Below are positions 1-10,717 of a DNA stretch of 64,000 bases, in pieces. The DNA lies in contig JAVJWO010000052.1 in assembly GCA_040222015.1 (NCBI GenBank), forward strand, positions 55,663 through 119,662, written 5' to 3'. The stretch is from Coleofasciculus chthonoplastes F2-STO-03. GTDB lineage: Bacteria; Cyanobacteriota; Cyanobacteriia; Cyanobacteriales; Coleofasciculaceae. The notes beneath the pieces were generated by a model, which had not been told where the DNA came from, made no database searches, and saw only the letters and a program-made list of their open reading frames with translations. How positions within the stretch are numbered: the first letter of the stretch is position 1; each line of letters opens with the position of its first letter. The position numbers and the translations under genes were made by a program.

Positions 1-187
1 AGCGTAAGGGATCAAACCCTTCACCAAAAAAGAGTCCTAAGAGCAATACGACGACAACAGCGACAACCGAAATCAGCAGTCGCTTTAAAAAGTCTGGGAA
101 TTTTCCCCAGTAGTAAGCATACTGGGAACTTGTAGCAATCACAGGAATGAGTTGCTCAAAGGTCTGGCGGGTAAGTGGTACTAGCAT
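1..187 (-). CDS. Partial conserved cyanobacterial membrane protein (runs off the window), downstream of dapB
   Basis: Hand translation from ATG at 187: MLVPLTRQTFEQLIPVIATSSQYAYYWGKFPDFLKRLLISVVAVVVVLLLGLFF..., open to the window edge with a hydrophobic segment. Confidence 0.7.
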   Translation of the reverse strand, partial: MLVPLTRQTFEQLIPVIATSSQYAYYWGKFPDFLKRLLISVVAVVVVLLLGLFFGEGFDPLR

Positions 188-196
188 GGGTTTTAG

Positions 197-245
197 TCAT
201 TGGTCATTGGTCATTAGTCATTGGTCATTGGTCATTGGTCATTGA
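197..245. repeat. Heptamer short tandem repeat (GTCATTG)n, STRR type
   Basis: Direct tandem copies of gtcattg; related tracts at 9170-9208 and 27934-27970. Confidence 0.9.
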
Positions 246-331
246 GTCACATTGAAGACTAGGAAAAAACAAAAGACGTAGCGTGCTTCTTTTCGAGAGC
301 AAATATGACAAAGGACGAATGACGAATAACA

Positions 332-1159
332 TTACAATATTTTATCTAATCCGTAGATGAGAGATTTGAGCTGAGTTACCTTGCGAATGGCAAGCAAGAC
401 TCCTGGCATATAACAAGAGCGATCGCTGGTATCATGACGTAGGGTGTAGATTTGACCAGTAGCACCAAAGATGACTTCTTGGTGAGCGATTAAACCGGGT
501 AAGCGAACACTGTGAATGCGAATGTTATCATTGGCGACACTCCCCCTAGCCCCCGCCAGTTTTTCGGTTTCTTCTACCTTAGCGGGATTATAGGTTTTGC
601 CCAATCCGGCTAATTGTTGAGCGGTTTGAATCGCTGTACCGCTTGGGGCGTCGGCTTTTTGATTGTGGTGGAGTTCGATAATTTCAACGTGGTCAAAATA
701 TTGGGAGGCTTGGATGGCAGCTTGTTGCAATAAGACCATGCCAATAGAAAAATTGGGAATAATTAAGGCACCTGTGCTGGCTTTTTCGGCAAATTCGCCT
801 AAGTCTTTGATTTGATCACTGGTGAGTCCCGTTGTACCGACAACCGGACGAACTCCATAGGCAATAGCGGTGCGAACATTCTCATAAACGCTGTCAGGGT
901 GGGTAAAATCCACCATCACCCCTTGCACTTTTTCCTGAGTCGCCATGACTAGCGTGGCTTGCAGGTCATTCAGAATCGGAATTTCCAATGCACCACAACC
1001 TGCGACTTCCCCAACATCTTGACCCATATAGTTCGGGTTATGATCAACGACACCAATCAAGGTCATATCGTCGGCTTGACTGACCGCCTTAATCACTTCA
1101 CGACCCATTTTACCCGCCGCACCGTTGACGACAACGGGGATGGGAGATGCATTTGTCAT
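332..1159 (-). CDS. dapB: 4-hydroxy-tetrahydrodipicolinate reductase
   Basis: GAAGKMG Rossmann motif, VVGTTG, and [15 protein letters not shown] signature. Confidence 0.97.
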   Translation of the reverse strand: MTNASPIPVVVNGAAGKMGREVIKAVSQADDMTLIGVVDHNPNYMGQDVGEVAGCGALEIPILNDLQATLVMATQEKVQGVMVDFTHPDSVYENVRTAIAYGVRPVVGTTGLTSDQIKDLGEFAEKASTGALIIPNFSIGMVLLQQAAIQASQYFDHVEIIELHHNQKADAPSGTAIQTAQQLAGLGKTYNPAKVEETEKLAGARGSVANDNIRIHSVRLPGLIAHQEVIFGATGQIYTLRHDTSDRSCYMPGVLLAIRKVTQLKSLIYGLDKIL

Positions 1160-1236
1160 GGTTTTGCTTTATCCTTGAGACTCGTCAAGGGAATTTTAGC
1201 TTCTTTTGGCAATAGGCGGCGTTGTAGAACACAATG

Positions 1237-1265
1237 GTAGGGGCACGGCAATGCCGTGCCCCTAC
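1237..1265. repeat. GTAG-tagged perfect palindrome (REP-like)
   Basis: GTAGGGGCACGGCA-A-TGCCGTGCCCCTAC. Confidence 0.85.
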
Positions 1266-1282
1266 AGGTATTGCCGTGCTTT

Positions 1283-1744
1283 ATGTCCAAATCTTTATCC
1301 ATTATCGGCTGGCGGGAACGAGTTGCCTTGCCGAATCTAGGAATTTCCCAGATTAAAGCTAAAATTGACACCGGGGCGCGTTCCTCCGCCTTACACGCCT
1401 TTGATGTGGAAACTTTCTCACGGGATGACAAAACCATGGTTCGGTTTAAAGTCCATCCCTACCAACGGGATACCCATCGCACAGTTTCCACCGAAGCTGA
1501 ACTAATTGACCAGCGACAGGTTCGCAATTCTGGGGGTCACGCCCAGTTACGACCTGTTATCCAAACTATGGTAGAACTAAACGGGGAGCGCTGGTTGATT
1601 GAACTTACCCTGACTAACCGGGATGTCATGGGATTCCGGATGCTGTTAGGGCGTCAAGCCGTCCGCAAACGCTTTTTAGTTGATGCGGGTCGGTCTTTTG
1701 TCCAAAGTTCAACCAGGAAGGGCAAAATTAAGAAAACGATTTAA
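1283..1744 (+). CDS. RimK-associated retropepsin-like protease (putative ATP-dependent Zn protease family)
   Basis: IGWRE...[14 protein letters not shown]...[15 protein letters not shown]; lies directly before rimK; ATG at 1283 preferred as start. Confidence 0.9.
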   Translation: MSKSLSIIGWRERVALPNLGISQIKAKIDTGARSSALHAFDVETFSRDDKTMVRFKVHPYQRDTHRTVSTEAELIDQRQVRNSGGHAQLRPVIQTMVELNGERWLIELTLTNRDVMGFRMLLGRQAVRKRFLVDAGRSFVQSSTRKGKIKKTI

Positions 1745-1761
1745 TAGTTTTTAGTTTGTAT

Positions 1762-2667
1762 ATGAAAATAGCTATCTTGTCCCAGGATGCTTCGTTGTAT
1801 TCCACGCGACGCCTCAAGGAAGCGGGGGAAGCGCGGGGTCATGACATGCGGGTGATAAATTACCTGCGCTGTTATATGAATATTACGTCTCATAAGCCAA
1901 AGGTGGTGTATCAGGGGAAAGTTTTGGAAGAGTTGGATGCGATTATTCCTCGCATCGGTGCGTCTAAGACGTTTTATGGGACGGCTGTGGTGCGGCAATT
2001 TGAAGTGATGGGGGTGTTCGCGGCGAATGAATCCCAAGCCATTTCTCGTTCCCGCGATAAGTTACGCTGTCTTCAGATTCTCTCCCGTGAAGGTGTGGGA
2101 CTTCCGGTGACTGGGTTTGCTAATTCCACTCAAGATATTGATGGGTTAATTGAAATTGTGGGCGGTGCGCCGCTGGTGATTAAATTGCTGGAAGGGACTC
2201 AAGGGATTGGTGTGGTTCTCGCGGAAACTCATCAAGCGGCGAAGTCGGTGATTGAAGCGTTTCGCGGTTTAGATGCCAATATATTGGTGCAGGAGTTTAT
2301 TAAAGAAGCGGGGGGTATGGATATTCGCTGCTTTGTGATTGATAACAAAGTGGTGGCGTCGATGAAGCGACAAGGCGCACCGGGGGAATTTCGTTCCAAT
2401 CTGCATCGGGGCGGTAATGCTGAACAAATTAAGTTAACTCCAGAGGAACGCAGTACGGCGGTACGGGCGGCGAAAGCGATGGGATTGAGGGTTGCGGGTG
2501 TGGATTTGTTGCGATCTAATCATGGTCCGGTGGTGATGGAAGTTAACTCGTCTCCTGGTTTAGAAGGGATTGAAAATGCTACAGGTGTGGATGTGGCGGG
2601 GAAAATTATTGAGTTTTTGCAGAAAAATGCAGCATCTGGAAAAACGCGCGATCGCATTCAGTATTAA
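1762..2667 (+). CDS. rimK: RimK alpha-L-glutamate ligase (ATP-grasp)
   Basis: MKIAILS...[43 protein letters not shown]. Confidence 0.95.
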   Translation: MKIAILSQDASLYSTRRLKEAGEARGHDMRVINYLRCYMNITSHKPKVVYQGKVLEELDAIIPRIGASKTFYGTAVVRQFEVMGVFAANESQAISRSRDKLRCLQILSREGVGLPVTGFANSTQDIDGLIEIVGGAPLVIKLLEGTQGIGVVLAETHQAAKSVIEAFRGLDANILVQEFIKEAGGMDIRCFVIDNKVVASMKRQGAPGEFRSNLHRGGNAEQIKLTPEERSTAVRAAKAMGLRVAGVDLLRSNHGPVVMEVNSSPGLEGIENATGVDVAGKIIEFLQKNAASGKTRDRIQY

Positions 2668-2734
2668 TCTTAGGGAACTCTTAACAGGGAACAGGGAACA
2701 GGCAATAGTGAATTCTAGAACTCAAACCTTAGTC

Positions 2735-2796
2735 AGGGCGGGTTTAGTTAAGTTAGGGGTTTTCTCCTAAACGTTATCGGTAAAACCCGCCCCTAC
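2735..2796. repeat. REP doublet GGGCGGGTTT-N35-39-AAACCCGCCCCTAC
   Basis: Inverted arms; further copies at 8738-8799, 11534-11596, 14690-14753, 25964-26025, 31259-31318, 59018-59078, and a half copy at 62454-62465. Confidence 0.9.
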
Positions 2797-2815
2797 ACAC
2801 TCAAAAAGACGCGCC

Positions 2816-3790
2816 ATGGCGCGTCTCTACACTGTGAATCATGAAACTATAACAATTGGTGGAATTAGTGTTGCGCCCGGAGAACGGAAACGCACAGAAA
2901 TTCCGGTCGCCCGTCTACCCACGCAAACGCTGCTCTCATTACCGATTACTGTGATTAATGGCGCGAATACTGGTCCACGACTGTGGATGAGTGCGGCGAT
3001 TCATGGCGATGAAATTAATGGGGTGGAAATTATTCGCCAAGTTCTAGAACGGATTAATCCGTCTCAGCTTCATGGTGTCCTGATTGCGGTGCCAATTGTT
3101 AATGTTTTTGGTTTTATTGAACAATCCCGTTATTTGCCCGATCGCAGAGATTTAAATCGTTCGTTTCCCGGTTCTTCGCGTGGTTCTTTAGCCTCTCGTT
3201 TGGCGAATTTGTTTATGACAGAAATAGTGAGTCGCTGTACTCATGGAATTGATTTGCACACGGCAGCTCAACATCGCACAAATTTACCGCAAATCCGGGC
3301 GAATTTGGATGACCCAGAAACCTATTACTGTGCGAAAGCGTTTGCTGCACCCCTGCTGATGCATTCAACCATGCGGGATGGTTCGTTGCGCCAAGCAGCG
3401 ACGAAGCGAGGTATCCCAATCCTCTTGTATGAGGGGGGTGAGGCGTTGCGATTTGACCCGGATGCGATCGCAATCGGTGTCGAAGGCATCCTACGAATGA
3501 TGGTGGGGTTAAATATGATTGAGTTGGCGTTCCCTGAGTCTTTGCACCCATCATTAGAAGTTAAGCAAAGTAAGTGGGTACGAGCGCCCCGCAGCGGGAT
3601 TTTGCGTCTTACTGTTAAATTGGGTCAGCGCGTTGACAAAAAGCAAGTTTTGTGTATTATTTCCGATGCCTTTGGTGAGAATAGGATTAAAGCCTATGCA
3701 CCCTTTGATGGCTTGGTTATTGGTCACACGCAGAATCCGTTGGTGAATCAGGGCGATGGGATTTTGCATTTAGCGGATTTGAGTGATTAG
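2816..3790 (+). CDS. Succinylglutamate desuccinylase/aspartoacylase family (M14-like) protein
   Basis: AAIHGDEING, DLNRSFPG and IDLHT motifs; the true start may be the GTG at 2834. Confidence 0.9.
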   Translation: MARLYTVNHETITIGGISVAPGERKRTEIPVARLPTQTLLSLPITVINGANTGPRLWMSAAIHGDEINGVEIIRQVLERINPSQLHGVLIAVPIVNVFGFIEQSRYLPDRRDLNRSFPGSSRGSLASRLANLFMTEIVSRCTHGIDLHTAAQHRTNLPQIRANLDDPETYYCAKAFAAPLLMHSTMRDGSLRQAATKRGIPILLYEGGEALRFDPDAIAIGVEGILRMMVGLNMIELAFPESLHPSLEVKQSKWVRAPRSGILRLTVKLGQRVDKKQVLCIISDAFGENRIKAYAPFDGLVIGHTQNPLVNQGDGILHLADLSD

Positions 3791-3805
3791 GGAACAGGGA
3801 ATAGA

Positions 3806-3858
3806 CAATAGGCAATAGGCAATAGGCAATAGGCAATAGGCAATAGGCAATAGGCAAT
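3806..3858. repeat. Heptamer tandem repeat (CAATAGG)n
   Basis: About seven direct copies visible. Confidence 0.9.
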
Positions 3859-3993
3859 AAAAGATTACACAACTCATTTAAAACCGTTACATTATAAATT
3901 GTTTTAGCGTTTTTTAGAGTTTTGTTGCTGAAGGAAAAATAAAAAAGAACACTGGGATAAAATACAGTCTGTTTGTAACAAACAATTAACCTG

Positions 3994-6900
3994 ATGAAAT
4001 CTGCTCAGTGGTGCAAAATCTGCCTGTTGACTCTCTGCGCTGGAACAGTAAGACTGGTAACGGCGGCTCCAGTGTTGGCTCAATCGATTACCCCAGCCGA
4101 TGACGGTACGGGTACAACTGTTACTCCAAATGGCGACAACTTTGATATTCAAGGTGGCAGTTTGTCGAATGATGGGGCGAATTTATTCCACAGTTTCCAA
4201 GAGTTGGGCATTAATTCAGAGCAAATTGCTAATTTTATGGCAACTCCGGATCTGAGAAATATTCTGGGACGAGTGATTGGCGAAAATCCCTCCATTATTG
4301 ACGGATTGATTCAGGTAACCGGGGGAACGGCAAATTTATATTTAATGAATCCAGCGGGAATTATTTTTGGGGCTAATGCTCAACTCAATGTCCCGGCTAA
4401 TTTTACGGCAACAACGGCGACAGGAATTGGATTTGGCAATGACTGGTTTAATGCATTGGGTGATAATAACTATCAGAACTTGGTCGGAGATCCCAGTCAA
4501 TTTGCCTTTGACTTATCCCAACGGGGCATAATTATTAATGCGGGTGAATTGGCGGTTGCACCTGGACGGGATTTAGCCCTACTGGGTGGACAAGTGGTTA
4601 ATACAGGAACGTTGACGGCATCCGGGGGAACAATTACCATCGCGGCTGTGCCGAATTCTCGTTTGGTGAAAATCTCCCAATCGGGACAAGTGTTAAGTTT
4701 CGAGGTGGAGTTACCGAGGAATAATGAGGGGTTAGCGTTACCGACAAACCCTCTGGATTTAGCCGCATTGTTAACGGGTTCGGGGAATACGGTGGAAACT
4801 GGGGTGGAGGTAACCCCATCGGCAGAGATACAGACGGATTCTGGGGGAATTATACCGAATCAGGTTGGGGTTGCGATCGCGTCAGGAACTGTTGAGTCAG
4901 GTACAGGTCATATTTCGATTATCGGTAGAGGGGGAACTCAAGAGAATAATACTTCGGGTATTTTTGGTATCCACATTATTGATGATAGTCGAGTAGAAAC
5001 GATTGGAGAAGGAACGATTACCTTAAACGGTACAGGGGGAAGCGGCGGGAAATTCATCCTAGGTCAAGCTTATCCAGGAAATCGAGGAATCTGGATTAAT
5101 AACGCTACGGTGTCTTCAGAAAATGGCACAATTCATCTGATCGGCACTGGGGGTTCTGGGGAAAATGGTTTAAATTCTGGTGTTGACATTGGGAATCAGG
5201 GGGGAATTGTTCAGTCTACGGGAACAGGAACGATTATTGTTGAGGGGACTGGAGGTAAGGCAGAAGAAGACGCATTCGAGGGTAGTCAAGGGATAAGAAT
5301 TGACCAGGCTAGTTCAATCAGTACCAAAGATGGAGATATTCAGCTAATTGGTGAGGGGGGAACTGGTTCAAATCGATTTAACCATGGGGTTGAAGTTTAT
5401 CGCAGTTCTACTGTTGAGGTAACCGGAACGGGAAATATTACGATTGAGGGAATAGCTGGCGCGGGAGTAACAGAAAATCACGGGATTAGGGTTCAGGAAT
5501 TCAGTGAAGATAATCCTTCTCGAATTACGGCGAGGGATGGTGCGATTACTCTAATCGGAGTCGGTAAAGGAACAGGAGACAGTAACTATGGCATTGATTT
5601 AAGAGGCGGTGGTGTGGAAACAACCGCCGGAGGAACTCTCACCCTTGAGGGAATCGGTGCTAATGGTGCAGCAGGAATTAATGTGCAAGATGGTTTTATT
5701 CAAGCTAGCGGAACAGGAGAGAGTACAACAACCTTGATTGCTGATGACATTCGGGTAGTTGATACTCCAAATATCCCACAAACGCCACAAATCCAAGGGA
5801 CAGGAACAGTCGCGTTATCTCCCCTTGACCCGACGGTTGATATAACCCTTGGAGATACAAGCGATAGTAATAGTAATACCTGGAATCTGGATATCGATAA
5901 ACTCAATCTCTTCCAAGAGGGATTTGAGCAACTTGTAATTGGTGGGGAAGAGAATCAGGGTACAATTACGTTGGCAGATGACATAACCTTTAAGATTCCG
6001 GTAATTTTGCGATCGCTAGTTGGTTCAGGGGCAATTGATACCACAGGTTTTACCCTGACTGGCGCTCAAGATGCCACGATTACGTTGGAAGCGAATCAAA
6101 GCATTAAGACAGGTACAATTATAAATCCAGGTCGGGCGATTACTCTAACCAGCAACGGGTCAATTGATACTCGTAGCGGCATCCTCGATAGTCATGATCA
6201 AACTAACAATGGGGGAGCGATTAGTTTAAGCGCTGTTCAAGATATTACTACGGGTGATATTGATGCTAGTTCCGGTGGAAATGGTCAAGGCGCAACTATT
6301 ACGTTAACCAGTCGTGATGGAGAAATTATCACCAATGATCTCAACAGTTCTGGCTTTAGTGGCGGTGATATTTTAATTGATGCGGCGACGGCAATTACAA
6401 CCGGAAAAATTAATAGTAGCGGAACTATCAGCGATGGCGGTAATGTTACTTTAGATCCCATTGGTGATATTCAAGTGACATTTATTAACGCCCAAGGAGG
6501 AAATAGTGGTCAAGGCGGTCAAGTTGATAGTACTGCTGGTCAATTTTTCCGCGCTACGGGAACATTTATTGACCAGAATGGGATTAACGCCAGCATCTCT
6601 ACGGCTGGGGGATTGGGTGGAGATTCTATTACGCTCAGACATGGTGGAGATGGTGTTATTCCCTTTATCGTGGGTGATGGGATAACCAATGGAACTAGGG
6701 GAACAATTACCAGTGGCGATTTCACGATTGCCCCCACTCAATCCTTTCTGTTTACTCAGAAGGTGGGCAATATTCAAATTATCAGCGTTGATTCTCCACC
6801 GATTCCGGTAACACCCCCGACTCCGGTTACAGAGTCTCCAATTCCGGTAACTCCACCAATTTTGCCTCCGGAGTTCATCACTTCCGAAACGAATCCTCCT

Positions 6901-8247
6901 ATCAATCTCGTTAATTTAATCAAACCTGTCACTGAAGCCCCTTTCTATACCGACGAAGACGAACTCGAGGAACTCCCCCTAATTGAAATTGATGCCCAGG
7001 TTGCCCAATGGGAGGAATCATTAACTCGTGACTATGAAACCTATCTGGAACTCAAGGATATTTCCATTCTGACTTTAGCAGATGCCAGGGAAACTCTACA
7101 TCGTATCGAACAAGCTACAGGGGCTAAACCTGCGCTTATTTATGCTGTATTTGTACCCACCACAATTGCCAGTCAAGACAGTAAATCTTCAGCCCAGGAG
7201 TCTCCCTCACGAAATAGTGATCAACTGGAAATTATCCTTGTCACCGCCAAGGGGCAACTCATACGCCACCCGATACCCGGTGCAACCCGCGAAAAGGTAA
7301 TGGATACCGCTGACAAATTGCGTCGCACCGTTACTGATACTCACATCCCTCGTCCCTATCAACGTTATGCCCAACAGTTTTATCAATGGCTAATTGCACC
7401 CTTAGAGACAGAATTAAAGACGCAAGAGATTAATAATCTAGCCTTCATTATGGATCAGGGATTGCGTTCCCTACCCCTGGCAGTTTTGCATGATGGGGAA
7501 CAGTTTATGATTGAACGGTATAGTATTGGTGTCATGCCCAGTCTTTCCCTCACTGATACCCGCTATCGAGATGTGAGAAATTTGCAGGTTTTAGCTATGG
7601 GTGCGTCCAAATTTACTGACCAAAACCCCTTACCGGCTGTCCCCACTGAATTATCCGCGATCGCGACTCAATTATGGCAGGGGAAATTGTTCCTCAATGA
7701 AACCTTTACTGCCGCTAATTTGAAAAGAGCGAGGGCATCTCAACCCTTTGGAATTATCCATTTAGCCACCCATGGTGAATTTAAATCTGGTAAACCCAGT
7801 TCGTCTTATATTCAGTTTTGGGATCGTAAACTCAGACTGAGTGACATCCGCCAATTAGGATTACATGACCCTAGTGCTGAACTGATGGTATTAAGTGCTT
7901 GTCGGACGGCTTTAGGGGATGAAGAAGCGGAGTTAGGATTTACCGGGTTAGCGGTACAAGCTGGGGTGAAATCTGCCCTAGGTAGTTTATGGTATGTGAG
8001 TGATGAAGGCACCTTAGGATTAATGACAGGTTTTTATGAACAATTACAGCAATCGCCACTCAAAGCAGAAGCATTACGACAGGCACAATTAGCCATGATT
8101 CGCGGACAAGTGCGATTAGAAGAGGGTTATTTGATCACGCCAAATCATCGGATTGCCTTACCGCCAGAATTAGCTAATTTGCCAAACAAGGAACTCACTC
8201 ATCCCTATTATTGGAGTGCGTTTACTTTAGTCGGAAGTCCGTGGTAA
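3994..8247 (+). CDS. Filamentous-haemagglutinin N-terminal (TPS) domain and beta-helix protein with C-terminal CHAT protease domain
   Basis: Signal peptide; NLFHSF...NPAGIIFG TPS motifs; Gly-rich repeats; HLATHG and LSACRT CHAT dyad; HPYYWSAF end. Confidence 0.92.
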   Translation: MKSAQWCKICLLTLCAGTVRLVTAAPVLAQSITPADDGTGTTVTPNGDNFDIQGGSLSNDGANLFHSFQELGINSEQIANFMATPDLRNILGRVIGENPSIIDGLIQVTGGTANLYLMNPAGIIFGANAQLNVPANFTATTATGIGFGNDWFNALGDNNYQNLVGDPSQFAFDLSQRGIIINAGELAVAPGRDLALLGGQVVNTGTLTASGGTITIAAVPNSRLVKISQSGQVLSFEVELPRNNEGLALPTNPLDLAALLTGSGNTVETGVEVTPSAEIQTDSGGIIPNQVGVAIASGTVESGTGHISIIGRGGTQENNTSGIFGIHIIDDSRVETIGEGTITLNGTGGSGGKFILGQAYPGNRGIWINNATVSSENGTIHLIGTGGSGENGLNSGVDIGNQGGIVQSTGTGTIIVEGTGGKAEEDAFEGSQGIRIDQASSISTKDGDIQLIGEGGTGSNRFNHGVEVYRSSTVEVTGTGNITIEGIAGAGVTENHGIRVQEFSEDNPSRITARDGAITLIGVGKGTGDSNYGIDLRGGGVETTAGGTLTLEGIGANGAAGINVQDGFIQASGTGESTTTLIADDIRVVDTPNIPQTPQIQGTGTVALSPLDPTVDITLGDTSDSNSNTWNLDIDKLNLFQEGFEQLVIGGEENQGTITLADDITFKIPVILRSLVGSGAIDTTGFTLTGAQDATITLEANQSIKTGTIINPGRAITLTSNGSIDTRSGILDSHDQTNNGGAISLSAVQDITTGDIDASSGGNGQGATITLTSRDGEIITNDLNSSGFSGGDILIDAATAITTGKINSSGTISDGGNVTLDPIGDIQVTFINAQGGNSGQGGQVDSTAGQFFRATGTFIDQNGINASISTAGGLGGDSITLRHGGDGVIPFIVGDGITNGTRGTITSGDFTIAPTQSFLFTQKVGNIQIISVDSPPIPVTPPTPVTESPIPVTPPILPPEFITSETNPPINLVNLIKPVTEAPFYTDEDELEELPLIEIDAQVAQWEESLTRDYETYLELKDISILTLADARETLHRIEQATGAKPALIYAVFVPTTIASQDSKSSAQESPSRNSDQLEIILVTAKGQLIRHPIPGATREKVMDTADKLRRTVTDTHIPRPYQRYAQQFYQWLIAPLETELKTQEINNLAFIMDQGLRSLPLAVLHDGEQFMIERYSIGVMPSLSLTDTRYRDVRNLQVLAMGASKFTDQNPLPAVPTELSAIATQLWQGKLFLNETFTAANLKRARASQPFGIIHLATHGEFKSGKPSSSYIQFWDRKLRLSDIRQLGLHDPSAELMVLSACRTALGDEEAELGFTGLAVQAGVKSALGSLWYVSDEGTLGLMTGFYEQLQQSPLKAEALRQAQLAMIRGQVRLEEGYLITPNHRIALPPELANLPNKELTHPYYWSAFTLVGSPW

Positions 8248-8252
8248 GTGAA

Positions 8253-8358
8253 TATAGCAATAGACACATCGATTAGGACGTTCGGCACCATTGTAGAGAC
8301 CGTCCATGTTTGGTCTCTACATAAATGATGTGTCCTAACAGCCATGGCGGTTGCTATA
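8253..8358. mobile_element. MITE-like element with a nested GTAGAGAC palindrome
   Basis: Terminal inverted repeats TATAGCAA/TTGCTATA, inner TTAGGAC/GTCCTAA, and central GTAGAGACC...GGTCTCTAC identical to 62473-62500. Confidence 0.65.
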
Positions 8359-8406
8359 CATCGGGGTGAGGGCGCACATCGGTCATTGGTGTCAACTTAA
8401 GCTCAA

Positions 8407-8500
8407 CCCCTCACCCCCAGCCCCTCTCCCAACCCCCCTCGTTCCCCCCTGCGAGGAGGGAGGACAAAGGATGCTTCGCTTTTTTTGCACGGGAGAGGGG
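8407..8500. repeat. CCCTC-family palindromic repeat (CCCTCACCCCCAGCCCCTCTCCC...GGGAGAGGGG)
   Basis: Intergenic copies also at 52942-52995 and 57168-57219. Confidence 0.8.
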
Positions 8501-8550
8501 AGCAAGAGCAGGGTAAAATAGAATGCTTTTCAAGTCAGAGGTACACAGAC

Positions 8551-8583
8551 AGATCCCCGACTTCTTGAAGAAGTCGGGGATCT
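8551..8583. repeat. Perfect palindrome AGATCCCCGACTTCTT-G-AAGAAGTCGGGGATCT
   Basis: 16-bp perfect inverted arms; typical small dispersed repeat of cyanobacteria. Confidence 0.85.
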
Positions 8584-8615
8584 TGCTTGAGTAAGTCAGG
8601 TTCCCTCGTCTTCCA

Positions 8616-8699
8616 CTACTCCTCTGGATTAGTAATCAACCGAGTACCACGATTACGGGTGAAATAACTCCATGCCCATTGCACCATGACGATGATTTT
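8616..8699 (-). pseudogene. Orphan C-terminal fragment of a type-II NADH dehydrogenase-like gene
   Basis: Hand translation KIIVMVQWAWSYFTRNRGTRLITNPEE*, which resembles the NDH-2 C-terminal QWxWxYFTRxRGxRLIT motif. Confidence 0.65.
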
Positions 8700-8961
8700 A
8701 TATGTGTGCCAATCTACCTGAGGGTCAACATTAAGTCGGGGGCGGGTTTAGTTATATTTGGGTGAGGTAAGACACGATAATCGTCAAACCCGCCCCTACA
8801 TAAATCGGTAAAATTAAAGGAATCGGTGATCACCTGTAGGGGCGAGTCGCTGCTTAAATGGGGTGGTGTTAGGATTAACTGCGCTCGACTCGCCCTGCCA
8901 AATGTGACAGTTTCAGATAATTAATCCTACGCGATTCAGGATTATGTCGAGAAAATTGATA

Positions 8962-9176
8962 GGTTAATTTTAGGCAATGGTTCATGTCAATTGTTCTTGG
9001 TTTTTCTGATACATGATGCAGGGCGACCCGATAAAATTTATAGGTCAATTGTGTTCATTTTTGCAGCGGGTCGCCCCTACGGTTGAATTGATATTGATAT
9101 CGATAGGATTAGAATTGATGGGGGATGTCAAATATTACGGTAAATAATCGGACATCGTTTACACATAAGACAAATG
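8962..9176 (+). mobile_element. About 210-bp dispersed repeat/MITE, copy 1
   Basis: Aligns by eye with the reverse complement of 27992-28201; contains a GGGCGACCCG...CGGGTCGCCCCTAC doublet. Confidence 0.8.
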
Positions 9177-9209
9177 ACGAATGACGAATGACAAATGACA
9201 AATGACGAA

Positions 9210-10469
9210 TCATTTCACACAATTCAACATTCGCACCGTCGCCGCCGCCGCATAATTCCGTTGGGCTTGGCTATTAGGAGAAAAAACACTCCCCCTTTCA
9301 TTCAACGGAGACGCCACTCGACAATAAGCCGACATTTGAGTAATCAGTGCATCTGCCCAATGACCCTGAATATCGCTAAACTGTAAAGCAGACTGATTCG
9401 CTGTCAGCGTCGGTGGCTGACCTTGCAGGGTTAACGCAAACTCCGCCGCCCGTCGTTCCATTGCCATCAGTTCAGCACGAGTCACCGATTGTGTGGGTCG
9501 AAATTTTCCATCCGCATAACCACTAATGATGTTATTATCCCGCGCCCATTGAATTTTAGCCGCACTCCATCGGGAGGGATTAACATCAGGATAAGGGGCA
9601 AAGGTAACTTGAGCAGGAAGTTCTAGATTGGCGTTGGGAAGTTGATTCAGGGCTTCAAAAATAATCGAAACCAATTGTTCACGGGTTAAAGCCGCTTGCG
9701 GTCTGAATGTGTTATCTTCTCTAAATCCAGCAATAAATCCCATTGCCACGGCTTGCTGAATTTCATTGGCATAAATGTCATTGGCAACATCGGGAAAAGT
9801 TACCATTGGATTGCCAGTCCCTGAACCTGTGCCTGGGTTAGAACCTGTATTAGAACCCGTACCGGAACCTGTGCCTGGGTTAGAACCCGTACCGGAACCA
9901 CTACCTGTACCAATACTGCTTAAGGGTTGACTATTTGCCAGATAAATATGACCCAATGGTTTACCTTGATAGGAACGTCGGGCAAAGTCCCAACCGGGTT
10001 CTAAGACTATCTTGACAAACCCATTGGCTAATCCTTGGGTTTTACCGACTATAACCTCTGGGGCGCTGCGATCGCGGCTATTTGTTCCTATCAGTACCAA
10101 TTCACCATTGCGTTCAACAATTCTTAGTAAATAATCTAAGCCCAAATCTTCACCCGCCATGCGGATTGAATAGCCATTGCTATCGGTGCTACGTCCGCAA
10201 ATCCCACTAAAGTCAAAGTTTAATAATAAGGGATCAACGATAACAGGATTACTGCCACTTTCACTCCAACATTGCCGCGCATTGCTTTTTTGTTCGATAA
10301 TCAACAGTTGATGGGAACTCTCGCCAAAAGGTGCAGCAACCGCAATAAATTTATTTTGCTCAACCGGAATTTGCTCAAATGTCGCCGCCACGGATTTATT
10401 CGCGATGACGCTAGATAGGGCGATCGTGGCTAGGGTGGCTACTTGTGTGAAAAATGCACGTTTTCTCAT
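9210..10469 (-). CDS. DUF3747 and S-layer homology (SLH) domain protein
   Basis: LLLNFDFSGICGRSTDSNGYSIR (DUF3747); FPDV...GF.EDNTFRP...TRE SLH repeats; GTGS linker. Confidence 0.88.
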   Translation of the reverse strand: MRKRAFFTQVATLATIALSSVIANKSVAATFEQIPVEQNKFIAVAAPFGESSHQLLIIEQKSNARQCWSESGSNPVIVDPLLLNFDFSGICGRSTDSNGYSIRMAGEDLGLDYLLRIVERNGELVLIGTNSRDRSAPEVIVGKTQGLANGFVKIVLEPGWDFARRSYQGKPLGHIYLANSQPLSSIGTGSGSGTGSNPGTGSGTGSNTGSNPGTGSGTGNPMVTFPDVANDIYANEIQQAVAMGFIAGFREDNTFRPQAALTREQLVSIIFEALNQLPNANLELPAQVTFAPYPDVNPSRWSAAKIQWARDNNIISGYADGKFRPTQSVTRAELMAMERRAAEFALTLQGQPPTLTANQSALQFSDIQGHWADALITQMSAYCRVASPLNERGSVFSPNSQAQRNYAAAATVRMLNCVK

Positions 10470-10717
10470 CTTGTCCGCTTCAATCCTTGTAGGTTTATAG
10501 TCCTTCAAAACTTTCCTCTGCACAACGTCTGTGATGACTCAGACATATAAAAGTTTCCCAGATTCCTCAGTTTTTGGCGTTTATGTAATATCTCGTAACA
10601 ATTAACCGGATCAGGAACATCCTTGTGAAACAACAGAAACTATCACAAGCTGAACCCCTATTCCTAGAACCCCTCAGCATGATCGGGGAAAACGTTTCAC
10701 ACTTGCAGGTCACAGGT

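Noticed and set aside
9815..9910. Repeated DNA in the S-layer gene as a mobile element
   Set aside because: It is an ordinary low-complexity GTGSNP linker between domains.
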